A DNA stretch of 64,000 nt, taken from contig JAEYRV010000027.1 of assembly GCA_023435305.1 (NCBI GenBank), forward strand, positions 59,114 to 123,113. Reading direction: 5' to 3'. The stretch is from Bacillota bacterium (GTDB lineage: Bacteria > Bacillota > Clostridia > Acetivibrionales > DTU013). A program made the position numbers and the translations under genes. The notes under the pieces were generated by a model. That model was not told where the DNA came from and did no database searches. It saw only the letters and a list, made by a program, of their open reading frames with translations. Position 1 is the first letter of the stretch, and each line of letters begins with the position of its first letter. Shown here one piece after another: positions 37,642 to 46,572 of this stretch.

Positions 37642-38115
37642 CTACCTTTTGAAGACAGAGACATCCTGTACATGTTTTTGCTCTTCTTGGATTAGTTCAG
37701 TCAATACTTTATACTTGGTTGTTTTTTCATCATCTTTTGATTGTATCAATATCCCTTGAATGATAATAAGTAATGCCAGATTTTCTTCCTCGAAATTCAA
37801 GCAAAAATAAATCAATTCACTTGTGTCCTTAAATGAAAAATATCTTGTGAAACTAGCAATATCAGATATCAATTTTGATGCTCTGTCATATACACTGAAA
37901 TCAATAACTATATCAGAGTCATCCTTCACCCTTTCCTTTAAATTTTTGTATATCTCTACATGTCGATTTTCTTCGAGCGCAAAAACTCTGGCAATAACCT
38001 TGACCCTTTCTGGAACAGCAGCTTCATTTGCTATTTTCATATACAACTCATATCCTGCCTGTTCAATCGATATGAATTTATCCAGCAGATCAACAACTGT
38101 ATATCCCATAGCCAT
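37642..38115 (-). CDS. ferritin-like (rubrerythrin-type four-helix-bundle, diiron-motif) protein
   Basis: Two ExxH motifs are present (LEENRH and QEEQKH), plus glutamates in the intervening helices (SIEQAGYELY and NFEEEN). Confidence 0.6.
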   Translation of the reverse strand: MAMGYTVVDLLDKFISIEQAGYELYMKIANEAAVPERVKVIARVFALEENRHVEIYKNLKERVKDDSDIVIDFSVYDRASKLISDIASFTRYFSFKDTSELIYFCLNFEEENLALLIIIQGILIQSKDDEKTTKYKVLTELIQEEQKHVQDVSVFKR

Positions 38116-38307
38116 CTTAATTATAGTTCCTTTCAGAAATTATCAGTTCGAAACAAATTCTACATTAAACCTGGAAATCCTCTTTATCTATAAAATTTCT
38201 GCTTATTCTATTTACTGGCTCAAACCTCCACTGCCGGACTCCTTAGTCCTTATCACTTCTTCAGATTAAAATCAATTGCAACAGCCATTATAAAATACTT
38301 TATGTAT

Positions 38308-38336
38308 AAAAAAAACCACCTCGATTTGAGATGGTT
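38308..38336 (-). terminator. intrinsic terminator after tRNA-Cys
   Basis: The minus strand reads AACCATCTC-aaatc-GAGGTGGTT followed by T8. Confidence 0.75.
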
Positions 38337-38344
38337 CTTTGTTT

Positions 38345-38419
38345 TGGAGGCGCCACCCAGACTTGAACTGGGGGATAAGGGTTTTGCAGACCCGTGCCTT
38401 ACCACTTGGCTATGGCGCC
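38345..38419 (-). tRNA. tRNA-Cys (GCA)
   Basis: GGCGCCATAGCCAAGTGGTAAGGCACGGGTCTGCAAAACCCTTATCCCCCAGTTCAAGTCTGGGTGGCGCCTCCA folds as a cloverleaf. The anticodon loop is CTGCAAA and CCA is encoded. Confidence 0.9.
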
Positions 38420-38609
38420 GTATCAATTGCGGCTAGTATATGATAACATGAATAGTTATCAGTGTCAATATGATTTATACTGGGAAAAACGCCTGCTTCG
38501 GGCTTATTCCAGGCTGCACCGGGCACACGGTGACAGCTCATAACAGTTGCCTAAACAGGCGTTTTCCGACTACATTCTATTCCTCTGGATCGCTTGCTCC
38601 TGCTTTAGA

Positions 38610-38954
38610 TCACAAGCTCATCCTGATCTCGTCAAGTCTGCTCTTTGCTTCAGCTGTTCCCTCATGGAAGGAGCTGAGCTTCTCACATGAATAATCGTTA
38701 CAATGTGCGCAGTTTTCAACTTCATTTTTCTCGCCGCATAGACGAATTTCACAGACGTTGCAGTATCCCATATGCCTTCCGTCCTTGCCTACGCAGCCGT
38801 CACAGTTGATGTCTTCTGCCTTGAACTCTCCTCCGAAATCCTTTGACCATTGCTCTGCAACCTTCGCCCTTAATGCATTATCATTATTGACAGTGGCAAC
38901 GTATGCCGGGCAGACACTACAATCCAGTCCACAGTATGCGATATTATTCTGCAT
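38610..38954 (-). CDS. DUF3795-like cysteine-rich protein
   Basis: The 114-aa protein has the pattern CGLDCSVCPAY...CDGC...CNVCEIRLC...CAHC...C. The RBS is GAGGGGGAAG. Confidence 0.65.
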   Translation of the reverse strand: MQNNIAYCGLDCSVCPAYVATVNNDNALRAKVAEQWSKDFGGEFKAEDINCDGCVGKDGRHMGYCNVCEIRLCGEKNEVENCAHCNDYSCEKLSSFHEGTAEAKSRLDEIRMSL

Positions 38955-39032
38955 TTATCTTCCCCCTCGATATGATTTATAAGAATAATATTACATCATA
39001 GGAGTGACAACAGTATGTCATGTTTGAAAAGC

Positions 39033-39055
39033 AAAAAAAGCGCTCTATGCGCTTT
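39033..39055 (-). terminator. intrinsic terminator of the four-tRNA operon
   Basis: The minus strand reads AAAGCGC-ataga-GCGCTTT followed by TTTTT. Confidence 0.7.
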
Positions 39056-39059
39056 ATTT

Positions 39060-39134
39060 TGGAGCGGGATACGAGATTCGGACTCGCGACTTTCACCTTG
39101 GCAAGGTGACACTCTACCACTGAGTTAATCCCGC
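39060..39134 (-). tRNA. tRNA-Gly (GCC)
   Basis: GCGGGATTAACTCAGTGGTAGAGTGTCACCTTGCCAAGGTGAAAGTCGCGAGTCCGAATCTCGTATCCCGCTCCA. The anticodon loop is TTGCCAA. Confidence 0.9.
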
Positions 39135-39197
39135 ATACGTGCCTGGGGACCATACCCGCCGGCACTCATTCATACCGCCGTCAAGCGGAAAAAATGA

Positions 39198-39273
<76 letters not shown>

Positions 39274-39306
39274 ATGCTGCAGATGACATTTCTGGCATCT
39301 GCACAT

Positions 39307-39383
39307 TGGCGACCCGGAAGGGACTCGAACCCTCGACCTCTAGCGTGACAGGCTAGCGTTCTAACCAACTGAACTACCGGGCC
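39307..39383 (-). tRNA. tRNA-Asp (GTC)
   Basis: GGCCCGGTAGTTCAGTTGGTTAGAACGCTAGCCTGTCACGCTAGAGGTCGAGGGTTCGAGTCCCTTCCGGGTCGCCA. The anticodon loop is CTGTCAC. Confidence 0.9.
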
Positions 39384-39433
39384 AAATATCGCCTGCGATA
39401 AACATTCAGGATATGCCTTTCGGCTAAGATCCT

Positions 39434-39509
39434 TGGTGGGCACTATAGGGCTCGAACCTATGACCCCCTGCTTGTAAGGCAGGTGCTCCCCCAGCTGAGC
39501 TAAGCGCCC
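39434..39509 (-). tRNA. tRNA-Val (TAC)
   Basis: GGGCGCTTAGCTCAGCTGGGGGAGCACCTGCCTTACAAGCAGGGGGTCATAGGTTCGAGCCCTATAGTGCCCACCA. The anticodon loop is CTTACAA. Confidence 0.9.
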
Positions 39510-39540
39510 GTATCGTTTATCGCCTTGAGCGACATTAACT

Positions 39541-39569
39541 AGTATACAAAAAAGCCATCCCAAAGTCAA
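39541..39569 (-). promoter_or_regulatory. candidate sigma-A promoter of the tRNA operon
   Basis: The minus strand reads TTGACT, a 17-nt spacer, then TATACT, about 30 nt upstream of tRNA-Val. Confidence 0.55.
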
Positions 39570-39643
39570 TAACATTTTCAATTTTAAATCAAGTAATTTC
39601 TGCGTAATATCTGCCAACCACTATGCAGCCTGCAGTCTTCAAC

Positions 39644-40513
39644 TCATATCAGCTCTCTGAGCTCAGCCTCTGTAAACTGGTATTTGGTATTGCAGAAGTG
39701 GCATTGCAGCTCGGCTCCATGCTGTTCATCCGCCATCTCCTCCAGTTCCTTTGCGCCAAGACTGATCAGGTTCCTCTCCATGCGGTCCCTGCTGCAGTTA
39801 CACTGATACTTGCATGGCAGTCTGTCTGTTATCTGAAGCTCCTTTTCACCAAGCAGGCTATTGAGAACAGCCTCGGCATCCATGCCGATTGAGAGCATGT
39901 ATGTTATGGAATCGGCCAGGAAGACCTTATCCTCTATGAACTCAATAATGCTTTCGTCAGCCCCGGGCATCAGCTGGATTATAAAACCTCCGGCGGTCAC
40001 GACCTCCTCGTCGGGATCAACAAGGACACCAAGAGAAACGACTGTCGGTATCTGCTCCGAGGAAGCGAAATAATACGCCATGTCTTCCCCGATCTCACCC
40101 GAAATAAGCTCAACGTAACCGACATATGGTTCCTTGAGACCCATATCCTTTATTACATTCAAATAACCGTTCTTTCCTACTGCCTGTGCAACATCGAATT
40201 TTCCTGCAGCATTGAGCGGAAGGTATACCTGAGGCTCATACACATAGCCTCTGACATTGGATTGTGCATCCGACACTGCGATTATACCGCCAAGAGGCCC
40301 GTCACCCTTTACCTGTATCGTCAGTATGTCCTTTTCATTTTTAAACATCCGGCCCATCATCGCGGCTGCAGTGAGGGTCCTCCCCAGGGCTGCCGACGCC
40401 ACACCGGATGTACCGTGAGTAATATGTGCCTTTTGTACAAGATCCTTTGTTACTGCGGCGAATGCACGCACCGCGCCTCCCGCTGCCGTAGCCCTTACAA
40501 TATGGTCTTCCAT
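39644..40513 (-). CDS. hslO: Hsp33 family redox-regulated chaperone
   Basis: The Hsp33 fold sequence is present with the C-terminal zinc centre CKYQCNCSRD...CHFCNTKY. The RBS is AAAGGAGA. Confidence 0.9.
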   Translation of the reverse strand: MEDHIVRATAAGGAVRAFAAVTKDLVQKAHITHGTSGVASAALGRTLTAAAMMGRMFKNEKDILTIQVKGDGPLGGIIAVSDAQSNVRGYVYEPQVYLPLNAAGKFDVAQAVGKNGYLNVIKDMGLKEPYVGYVELISGEIGEDMAYYFASSEQIPTVVSLGVLVDPDEEVVTAGGFIIQLMPGADESIIEFIEDKVFLADSITYMLSIGMDAEAVLNSLLGEKELQITDRLPCKYQCNCSRDRMERNLISLGAKELEEMADEQHGAELQCHFCNTKYQFTEAELRELI

Positions 40514-40674
40514 TTTGTCTCCTTTGCGTTCAGGTCATTACTGTGTTGCAGCAAGACGGAAAATATTCGTCATGTCCACACAAAAAGCCTCGTTATATGA
40601 ATCAAGAACCCCGATATTATCTATCGAGGTTCTTGTCTGCTGACTAGATTTATGTTAAAGTTTTTAAACTTTAA

Positions 40675-40878
40675 TTACATAACCCTTGAGACATTTGCAG
40701 CCTGGGGTCCCTTAGCACCCTCAACCACATCAAACTCTACTTCGCAGCCTTCTTCGAGGGTCTTGAACCCATCCATTGTTATTGCTGAAAAATGAACGAA
40801 AACATCATTTCCGTTATCTCTTTCGATAAAACCGAAACCCTTCTCAGCATTAAACCATTTCACTCTTCCTTTTTGCAT
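40675..40878 (-). CDS. cold-shock protein (CspA family)
   Basis: [16 protein letters not shown]...DVFVHFSAI carries the RNP1/RNP2 motifs. The RBS is AGGAGG. Confidence 0.95.
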   Translation of the reverse strand: MQKGRVKWFNAEKGFGFIERDNGNDVFVHFSAITMDGFKTLEEGCEVEFDVVEGAKGPQAANVSRVM

Positions 40879-41086
40879 TACGTAAAACCTCCTGAATTTA
40901 ACTTGGATCTGACCACACTTTGTGCTTTTTTGCCAAACCTTAATTAGTTTAACACATTCCTTTATGGCTTGTCAATCAAATAGATTACATAATCTGAATA
41001 CTATTTGACTGGTGTTTACCATAAAATCATTGTGCTTCTATATTACCACAATATCGATGTTTATATTCAGTAATATATAAGTAATA

Positions 41087-41842
41087 TTATCCTTGTTTTT
41101 CGCACACAAAAAAGATGCGTTCACTTTTAGGGCCGGGTCTCTTAAAAGTGAATGCAGAGTAGATCCCCAACACCTTCATTCCGGCATTGCCCAGTATTTC
41201 AGTTAATTCGCCGACAGCATAATTTCTCTCATAGTGCACCTCGTCGAATCTTTTGTAGAGTTCGCCTTCCTTGGCAAAGAAGGTCAGATCGAACCTGCAG
41301 AGCCCGGATCGCCTGTCATAAGTATTTTGCCATATATATGACACATCATCGGCTGTTTCGTAAAAGACATTTGATGCCAGGACATTCTCGAACTTATATG
41401 GTGAATTGATATCAAACACAAACAGGCCTTTGGGTTCCAGATAATTATGAACCCATTTTATCATGCGCTTCAAATCATTTTTAAGTGTTACATAATTCAA
41501 GCTGTCCATAAGACATGTGATCACATCAACAGTGCCATACAGCTCGAATTCCGATATGTCCTGATTCAGAAAGAGAATATCCGAACCTGCATCAAGAGCT
41601 TTTTGCCGTGCGCAGCTCAGCATTTCAGCTGAAGAGTCTATCCCTATCATTTCATAGCCTCTCCTGTCCATTTCAAGACAGAAGCTGCCCGTCCCGCATC
41701 CAAGATCAACTGCCAGCTTTGGTCGACAATTGAATCTCTCAAATATGCTCACCAGGTAGTCAGCCCATTGCGAATAGTTCACATCACCCATCAGCCTGTC
41801 GTAATAATATGCGAATTCGCTGTATATTGTAATCACCCTCAC
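41087..41842 (-). CDS. class I SAM-dependent methyltransferase
   Basis: Motif I is AVDLGCGTGSF, and the N-terminus reads FAYYYDRLM. It has a GTG start, and the exact start is uncertain. Confidence 0.8.
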   Translation of the reverse strand: MRVITIYSEFAYYYDRLMGDVNYSQWADYLVSIFERFNCRPKLAVDLGCGTGSFCLEMDRRGYEMIGIDSSAEMLSCARQKALDAGSDILFLNQDISEFELYGTVDVITCLMDSLNYVTLKNDLKRMIKWVHNYLEPKGLFVFDINSPYKFENVLASNVFYETADDVSYIWQNTYDRRSGLCRFDLTFFAKEGELYKRFDEVHYERNYAVGELTEILGNAGMKVLGIYSAFTFKRPGPKSERIFFVCEKQG

Positions 41843-41982
41843 TTCGAAATTTCAGCTTTGATCATTTGCTAAAGCACAGCTCCGCTGTTAGCTTTTATAT
41901 TTACGGAATAATTTTACCACACCTGCTGGATTATTCATAATGTTATCCCAAAACGACAGATCTGACAAAAAGGCGGCTTCCG

Positions 41983-42011
41983 AAAAAAAAGAAGCCGTAT
42001 TTGATACGGCC
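41983..42011 (-). terminator. intrinsic terminator after the SASP gene
   Basis: The minus strand reads GCCGTATC-a-AATACGGC followed by TTCTTTTTTTT. Confidence 0.7.
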
Positions 42012-42037
42012 TCCATTACTCTGTGAAAATATATTGC

Positions 42038-42211
42038 TTACATCTGTTCCTGCTTTGTTTCCTGCATCGCCTTCATTCTTTTGGAAACAAGCCCTCCTAT
42101 TTTACCTGTCTCCTTCGCCGACAGGCTCTTCCAGCCTAACTTCAGGACCTTTTCCCCAAGTCCCAGCTCTCTGGCAATTTCAAATTTAAGTACATCCTGC
42201 ATCTTTTCCAT
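42038..42211 (-). CDS. alpha/beta-type small acid-soluble spore protein (57 aa, below ORF-track cutoff)
   Basis: Own translation: MEKMQDVLKFEIARELGLGEKVLKLGWKSLSAKETGKIGGLVSKRMKAMQETKQEQM. It contains the SASP blocks K-x-EIA-x-ELG and GG-x-V/M-x-KR. A GAGAGGTG RBS lies 8 nt upstream. Confidence 0.7.
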   Translation of the reverse strand: MEKMQDVLKFEIARELGLGEKVLKLGWKSLSAKETGKIGGLVSKRMKAMQETKQEQM

Positions 42212-42253
42212 ATTCACAACACCTCTCAGTCCTTAATTTTACACTCTGAAAGG

Positions 42254-42282
42254 TATTTTGTGGAGAAATCCGCCATTTATAC
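42254..42282 (-). promoter_or_regulatory. candidate forespore (sigma-G/F-type) promoter of the SASP gene
   Basis: The minus strand reads GTATA, a 17-nt spacer, then CAAAATA. This resembles the sigma-G consensus as I recall it (-35 GnATA, -10 CAtAnTA). Confidence 0.4.
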
Positions 42283-42289
42283 ATCGAAC

Positions 42290-43513
42290 TCAGTTAATTT
42301 CACCAAGCATCGCCTCAATAGCTGACTTGAGCTGAATATCCCTGTCCCTTGGTATCTGCGAAACAGGATAGTTCTTGTATTCTTCCAGTACATCCACTTC
42401 TATGTCAGGTTTGATGCCTGTTCCATGGATACATACTCCCGACGGAGTGAAATATCTGGAAATCGTCACCTTAAGCCCGGAGCCATCCTTTAGGAGTTTA
42501 AGCTCCTGAACCAGTCCCTTCCCGAATGTCCTGGTCCCGACAAGCTTGCCCCTCCCATGGTCCTTGACCGCACCTGCCAGTATTTCGGAGGCACTTGCAC
42601 TGTTTCCATTGATCAGCAGCACAATCGGCAGATCATTACTTGATCTGTTGGAGTTCTTGATGTCCTTTTTGCCCTCCCTGTCTTCCGTATAAACAATCAC
42701 ACCCTCAGGAAGAAGACTGTCAGCTATCTGTACGACCTGTTCGTAAGATCCTCCCGGGTTGTCTCTAAGGTCGATTATAAGACCTTCTATACCCTTTTTC
42801 ATCATACTGTTGAGATCATTCCTAAAATACCTTGCTATCTCACTGTCAAACATAACCAGCTTGATGTAGCCGATATTGCCGTCGATGATCTCGCTTTTTA
42901 TGTTGGAAGCCTTAATCCTCCTTCGGGTAATGTCAAACTGCACGTAACGATCCTCAGAGGGCCGGTAAACTGTAATATTGACCTTTGTGTTTTCTTTGCC
43001 CTTTATCATGCTGATGATCATATTCTCATCACTGAATGAGGTCACATCTTTATCGTCCACCTTGACTATTTTATCTCCCTGCTGCATTCCCGCATCTTTT
43101 GCCGGAGAGCCTTCATATGGCTCGATGACAGTCAGAAGTCCTTTATCGTCCACATTGACAGTGACACCTATGCCGACATAGCTGCCTTCTGATTTTTCCA
43201 GAAACGTCTTCATCTGCTCCTTGTTGAAGTAAACCGTATATGGGTCGTCGAGGGCTTCGGCAAGGCCATTTGTGGCGCCTTCTATCAATTTGTTTTCATC
43301 GACTGACATGTAAAAATCATTCTTCAGGATATCTCTCACCTGATTGAATTTAACTACGTTCTCCAGGTCGACAGTTTCCGCGTCAAAGCTTATAACATGC
43401 CTGTTTGCGGATGTATATGCCGAATACAGAACAAATATAGTCGCACAGACAGAAATCGCCACGGCCACAGCAACAATTACAGCGACCTGACGTACCGAGA
43501 ATTTTCTACCCAT
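42290..43513 (-). CDS. S41 family C-terminal processing peptidase with PDZ domain
   Basis: An N-terminal anchor, a PDZ domain (GSPAKDAGMQQGDKIVKVD) and the catalytic blocks NGNSASASEI and TFGKG support the call. Confidence 0.9.
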   Translation of the reverse strand: MGRKFSVRQVAVIVAVAVAISVCATIFVLYSAYTSANRHVISFDAETVDLENVVKFNQVRDILKNDFYMSVDENKLIEGATNGLAEALDDPYTVYFNKEQMKTFLEKSEGSYVGIGVTVNVDDKGLLTVIEPYEGSPAKDAGMQQGDKIVKVDDKDVTSFSDENMIISMIKGKENTKVNITVYRPSEDRYVQFDITRRRIKASNIKSEIIDGNIGYIKLVMFDSEIARYFRNDLNSMMKKGIEGLIIDLRDNPGGSYEQVVQIADSLLPEGVIVYTEDREGKKDIKNSNRSSNDLPIVLLINGNSASASEILAGAVKDHGRGKLVGTRTFGKGLVQELKLLKDGSGLKVTISRYFTPSGVCIHGTGIKPDIEVDVLEEYKNYPVSQIPRDRDIQLKSAIEAMLGEIN

Positions 43514-43682
43514 CTTGCACGCTCCTCAAGTCAGTATTAATACGCATCATCTATACTTTTAAATGCATTCTTAAGCCGATCAATATATCTTATGCTGCCT
43601 GTCAAATAAATAAACCCGGTTTTTGACCGGGTTTTGCTTTCAATAGACTTCAAGATGATATTAAGATATTGCTCCGGTCCGA

Positions 43683-44816
43683 TCATTTGCTTAGATAACC
43701 CTTCATCGGATCCTTTGGTTCACCGTTTACCCTTACCTCAAAATGGAGGTGGTTTCCTGTGGACAATCCGGTGCTGCCTACTTTGGCTATTACCTCACCC
43801 GATTTAACTTCCTGTCCGACCTTTACCAGGAGCTTGCTGGCATGGCCATACAAAGTGGTGATACCGCCGCCATGATCTATAACTACCATATTTCCATATC
43901 CGCTCTTGTCATATTGAGCCATTATTACAGTGCCTTTATTTGCGGCCACTATCGATGCACCTTTATCGGCTCCAATATCGACACCTGTGTGAAGCTTGTA
44001 TTTCCTTAGTATGGGGTGCTTTCTGTTGCCGAAAGAAGATGTGATGGTTTGTGAGCTTGGGCAGGGCCAGGTCATTGAGCCGCCTGCATACTTCTTCTTT
44101 GTCGACAGGTTCTTGATGACGCTGTTGAGTCTTTTAGACTCCTCGTTCATCTTATCTATTTCTTTTTCAAGATTTGCGATCTCGGTCTTGCTCCTGGATA
44201 TTTCACCTTCGACCTCTGACCTGTCAGTTTTGATCTGCTGGATCCTCTGCTCCTTCTCTCTGGCCTTTTCCTCGTAAAATTCCTTGGCCTGCTGCTGGAG
44301 CTTCTTCTTCACTTCCACATCCTGTCTGGCTTCTTCCAGCTTCAGTATCATATTGTTGTCGTTTTCAGATATTACAGACATGTAATGGAGACGCTCATAA
44401 AATTCGACAACGCTTTTAGATTCAAGAAGTGTATCCAGCATCGTTGTGCTTGCGTTCTGGTACATCACCTGGAGTCGTGTCTTAACCAGCTCATTCTGTT
44501 GGTTATAATTTGCTATAGCTTCCGCAAGTGCGATCTCAGTCTGCCTTAGATGCTCCTCGGCATCGCTTATCTGCGCCAGGAGTTCCTCATAAGCATTTGT
44601 CTCTTCCGCCTGCTGTTTTGAAAGTGCGGCTTTTTCCCGTTCGAGCTTTGCCTTTTCGTTCAGTTCAGCCTGCTGTTTCTTCTTCAGTTCGGAAATACGA
44701 TTATCGGTGGATGCTTTCTGATTCTTTGCAGTTGACAGTTCATCCGCCATGACCGGTATTGCAGAAGAAACTAAAATTGCGACAAGTAGTATCGCGATAG
44801 TAAATCTCTTCCTCAC
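43683..44816 (-). CDS. coiled-coil M23 (LytM) metallopeptidase, EnvC/PcsB-like partner of FtsEX
   Basis: A signal peptide, ~230 aa of coiled coil and an M23 domain with intact HTGVD (HxxxD) and HLHFE (HxH) motifs are present. GTG 44816 has GGAGG 8 nt upstream. The track start at 44831 is a TTG inside that RBS. Confidence 0.85.
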   Translation of the reverse strand: MRKRFTIAILLVAILVSSAIPVMADELSTAKNQKASTDNRISELKKKQQAELNEKAKLEREKAALSKQQAEETNAYEELLAQISDAEEHLRQTEIALAEAIANYNQQNELVKTRLQVMYQNASTTMLDTLLESKSVVEFYERLHYMSVISENDNNMILKLEEARQDVEVKKKLQQQAKEFYEEKAREKEQRIQQIKTDRSEVEGEISRSKTEIANLEKEIDKMNEESKRLNSVIKNLSTKKKYAGGSMTWPCPSSQTITSSFGNRKHPILRKYKLHTGVDIGADKGASIVAANKGTVIMAQYDKSGYGNMVVIDHGGGITTLYGHASKLLVKVGQEVKSGEVIAKVGSTGLSTGNHLHFEVRVNGEPKDPMKGYLSK

Positions 44817-44877
44817 AGATTTAACCTCCAAATATATAAAATCTCCACTCCCTGTAAGGAGTGTCCCCTTACCTTAT

Positions 44878-45777
44878 TTACACCTTTAAATGTCTTCTCA
44901 GAGATATAAAGCTTCCGGTCGCACCAACTGCCGTACCTATTACCACGTACGATGAAGCCAGCTGTGTCCAGACATCCTTTATATCCACCATGCTCAGCAG
45001 CTGTGACTCGGCAAGAAACAGGTCCTGCGCGAATTTATCCTGCAGTAAGCTGTAACCATAAGCTGATATCACAAATGCCAAAATTGCCCCAACGATACTT
45101 ATTATAACACCTTCTACGACAAAAGGCCAGCGAATAAACCAATCTGTGGCGCCAATGTATTTCATAATGTTGATTTCCTTACGCCTGGCGAACACAGTAA
45201 GCTTGATGGTATTGGAAATAATAAATATCGAAACCACCAATAATATCGCTATCATAACGCCGCTGCCCAGCTTGAACCAGTGTGAGACACGAGTAATGAC
45301 CTCGATGGTATCCTGGGAATAGCTGACCTTTTCAACGCCGTTTACATTTTCCAGCGCCTTGACGACTGCATCGCTGTATGCAACATCCTTGAGCTTTATT
45401 ATAAACGATACCGGGAAAATCTCTGCCCCATACCCATCTAATATGGCCGAGTTTTTTCCAAGCTTATCACGCATCTTTTCAAAGGCCTGTTCCTTGCTTA
45501 CCCTTTCATAATGCAATATCCTGTCATCCTTTTTTATTACATCCTCTACACGCTGTATCTGTGTATCGTCCAGCTCTTCGTAGCAAAATGCCTCAAGCTG
45601 GGGCTGCTCCTTCCACATATCGATATTTGTCTCCATATTTATTACAAGCAGCAGAAAAATACCGAATACTATAAGCGAAGCAACCACTATGGCTATTGAT
45701 GCCAGTGACATCAGCTTGTTTCTATATGAGTTTACAAAACCTTCTTTAAATATATGCCGGATTGTTCTTATCTTCAT
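44878..45777 (-). CDS. ftsX: cell-division permease-like protein FtsX
   Basis: Four TM helices with a large first extracellular loop. It overlaps the ftsE 3' end. Confidence 0.9.
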   Translation of the reverse strand: MKIRTIRHIFKEGFVNSYRNKLMSLASIAIVVASLIVFGIFLLLVINMETNIDMWKEQPQLEAFCYEELDDTQIQRVEDVIKKDDRILHYERVSKEQAFEKMRDKLGKNSAILDGYGAEIFPVSFIIKLKDVAYSDAVVKALENVNGVEKVSYSQDTIEVITRVSHWFKLGSGVMIAILLVVSIFIISNTIKLTVFARRKEINIMKYIGATDWFIRWPFVVEGVIISIVGAILAFVISAYGYSLLQDKFAQDLFLAESQLLSMVDIKDVWTQLASSYVVIGTAVGATGSFISLRRHLKV

Positions 45778-46453
45778 CCCTGTATTGTCCTTTCTCCTGA
45801 TCCCTGACTATTAAGCCCTTGCTGATGGAAACAACGCGTTTCTTCATCTCATCAACGATGGATTTCTCATGCGTCGCCACAATTACTGTCGTACCCCTGT
45901 GATTTACTTCGCTCAGGAGCTTCATAATTTCCCATGATGTCTCGGGATCAAGATTTCCTGTCGGCTCGTCTGCGATCAGAAGCGCCGGGTTGTTTGCCAG
46001 AGCCCTGGCCAGAGCAACTCTCTGCTGCTCTCCTCCTGAGAGCTGGTTGGGATACATATTGGCCTTCCTGCTCAGGCCCACGAGCGCCAGCGCCATTGGT
46101 ACCTGCCTTCGGATCTCCTTTGGCAGCGCTTCGGTAATAATCATTGCAAAAGCTACATTTTCATAAACCGTTTTATTCGGCAGCAGTCTGAAATCCTGAA
46201 AAACAAAGCCCAGACTTCTTCTGAGATAAGGTATCTCTCCTCTTGACATGGACGATACATCATATCCGTTTACATAAACTTCTCCTTCACTTACGTTCTC
46301 TTCCTTGAGAAGAAGCTTGACAAGCGTTGATTTTCCTGAGCCGCTGGGACCCACCAAAAATACGAACTCGCCTTTTTCTATTTTAAGATTGACATCCCTA
46401 AGTGCTACCGTACCGTTGGGATACGTCTTTGATACGCCTTTTAACTCAACCAC
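45746..46453 (-). CDS. ftsE: cell-division ATP-binding protein FtsE
   Basis: GPSGSGKST, LSGGEQQRVALARAL and LIADEPTGNLD motifs are present. It has a GTG start with ACGGGGTG upstream. Confidence 0.9.
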   Translation of the reverse strand: MVELKGVSKTYPNGTVALRDVNLKIEKGEFVFLVGPSGSGKSTLVKLLLKEENVSEGEVYVNGYDVSSMSRGEIPYLRRSLGFVFQDFRLLPNKTVYENVAFAMIITEALPKEIRRQVPMALALVGLSRKANMYPNQLSGGEQQRVALARALANNPALLIADEPTGNLDPETSWEIMKLLSEVNHRGTTVIVATHEKSIVDEMKKRVVSISKGLIVRDQEKGQYRDEDKNNPAYI

Positions 46454-46572
46454 ACGAATACACCCCGTTGATTTATATGTCCGAAGACAATATACATTAT
46501 GTAACGTAACATATTTCTACAAAAAACCCCATAAATCCTGCTTTATAGTGTTACATTTTTATTTCCAGCATT

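Noticed and set aside
42001-42189. 62-aa plus-strand ORF.
   Set aside because: It is the antisense shadow of the 57-aa SASP gene. The SASP gene has the RBS, promoter, terminator and family motifs, and the plus-strand ORF has none of these.
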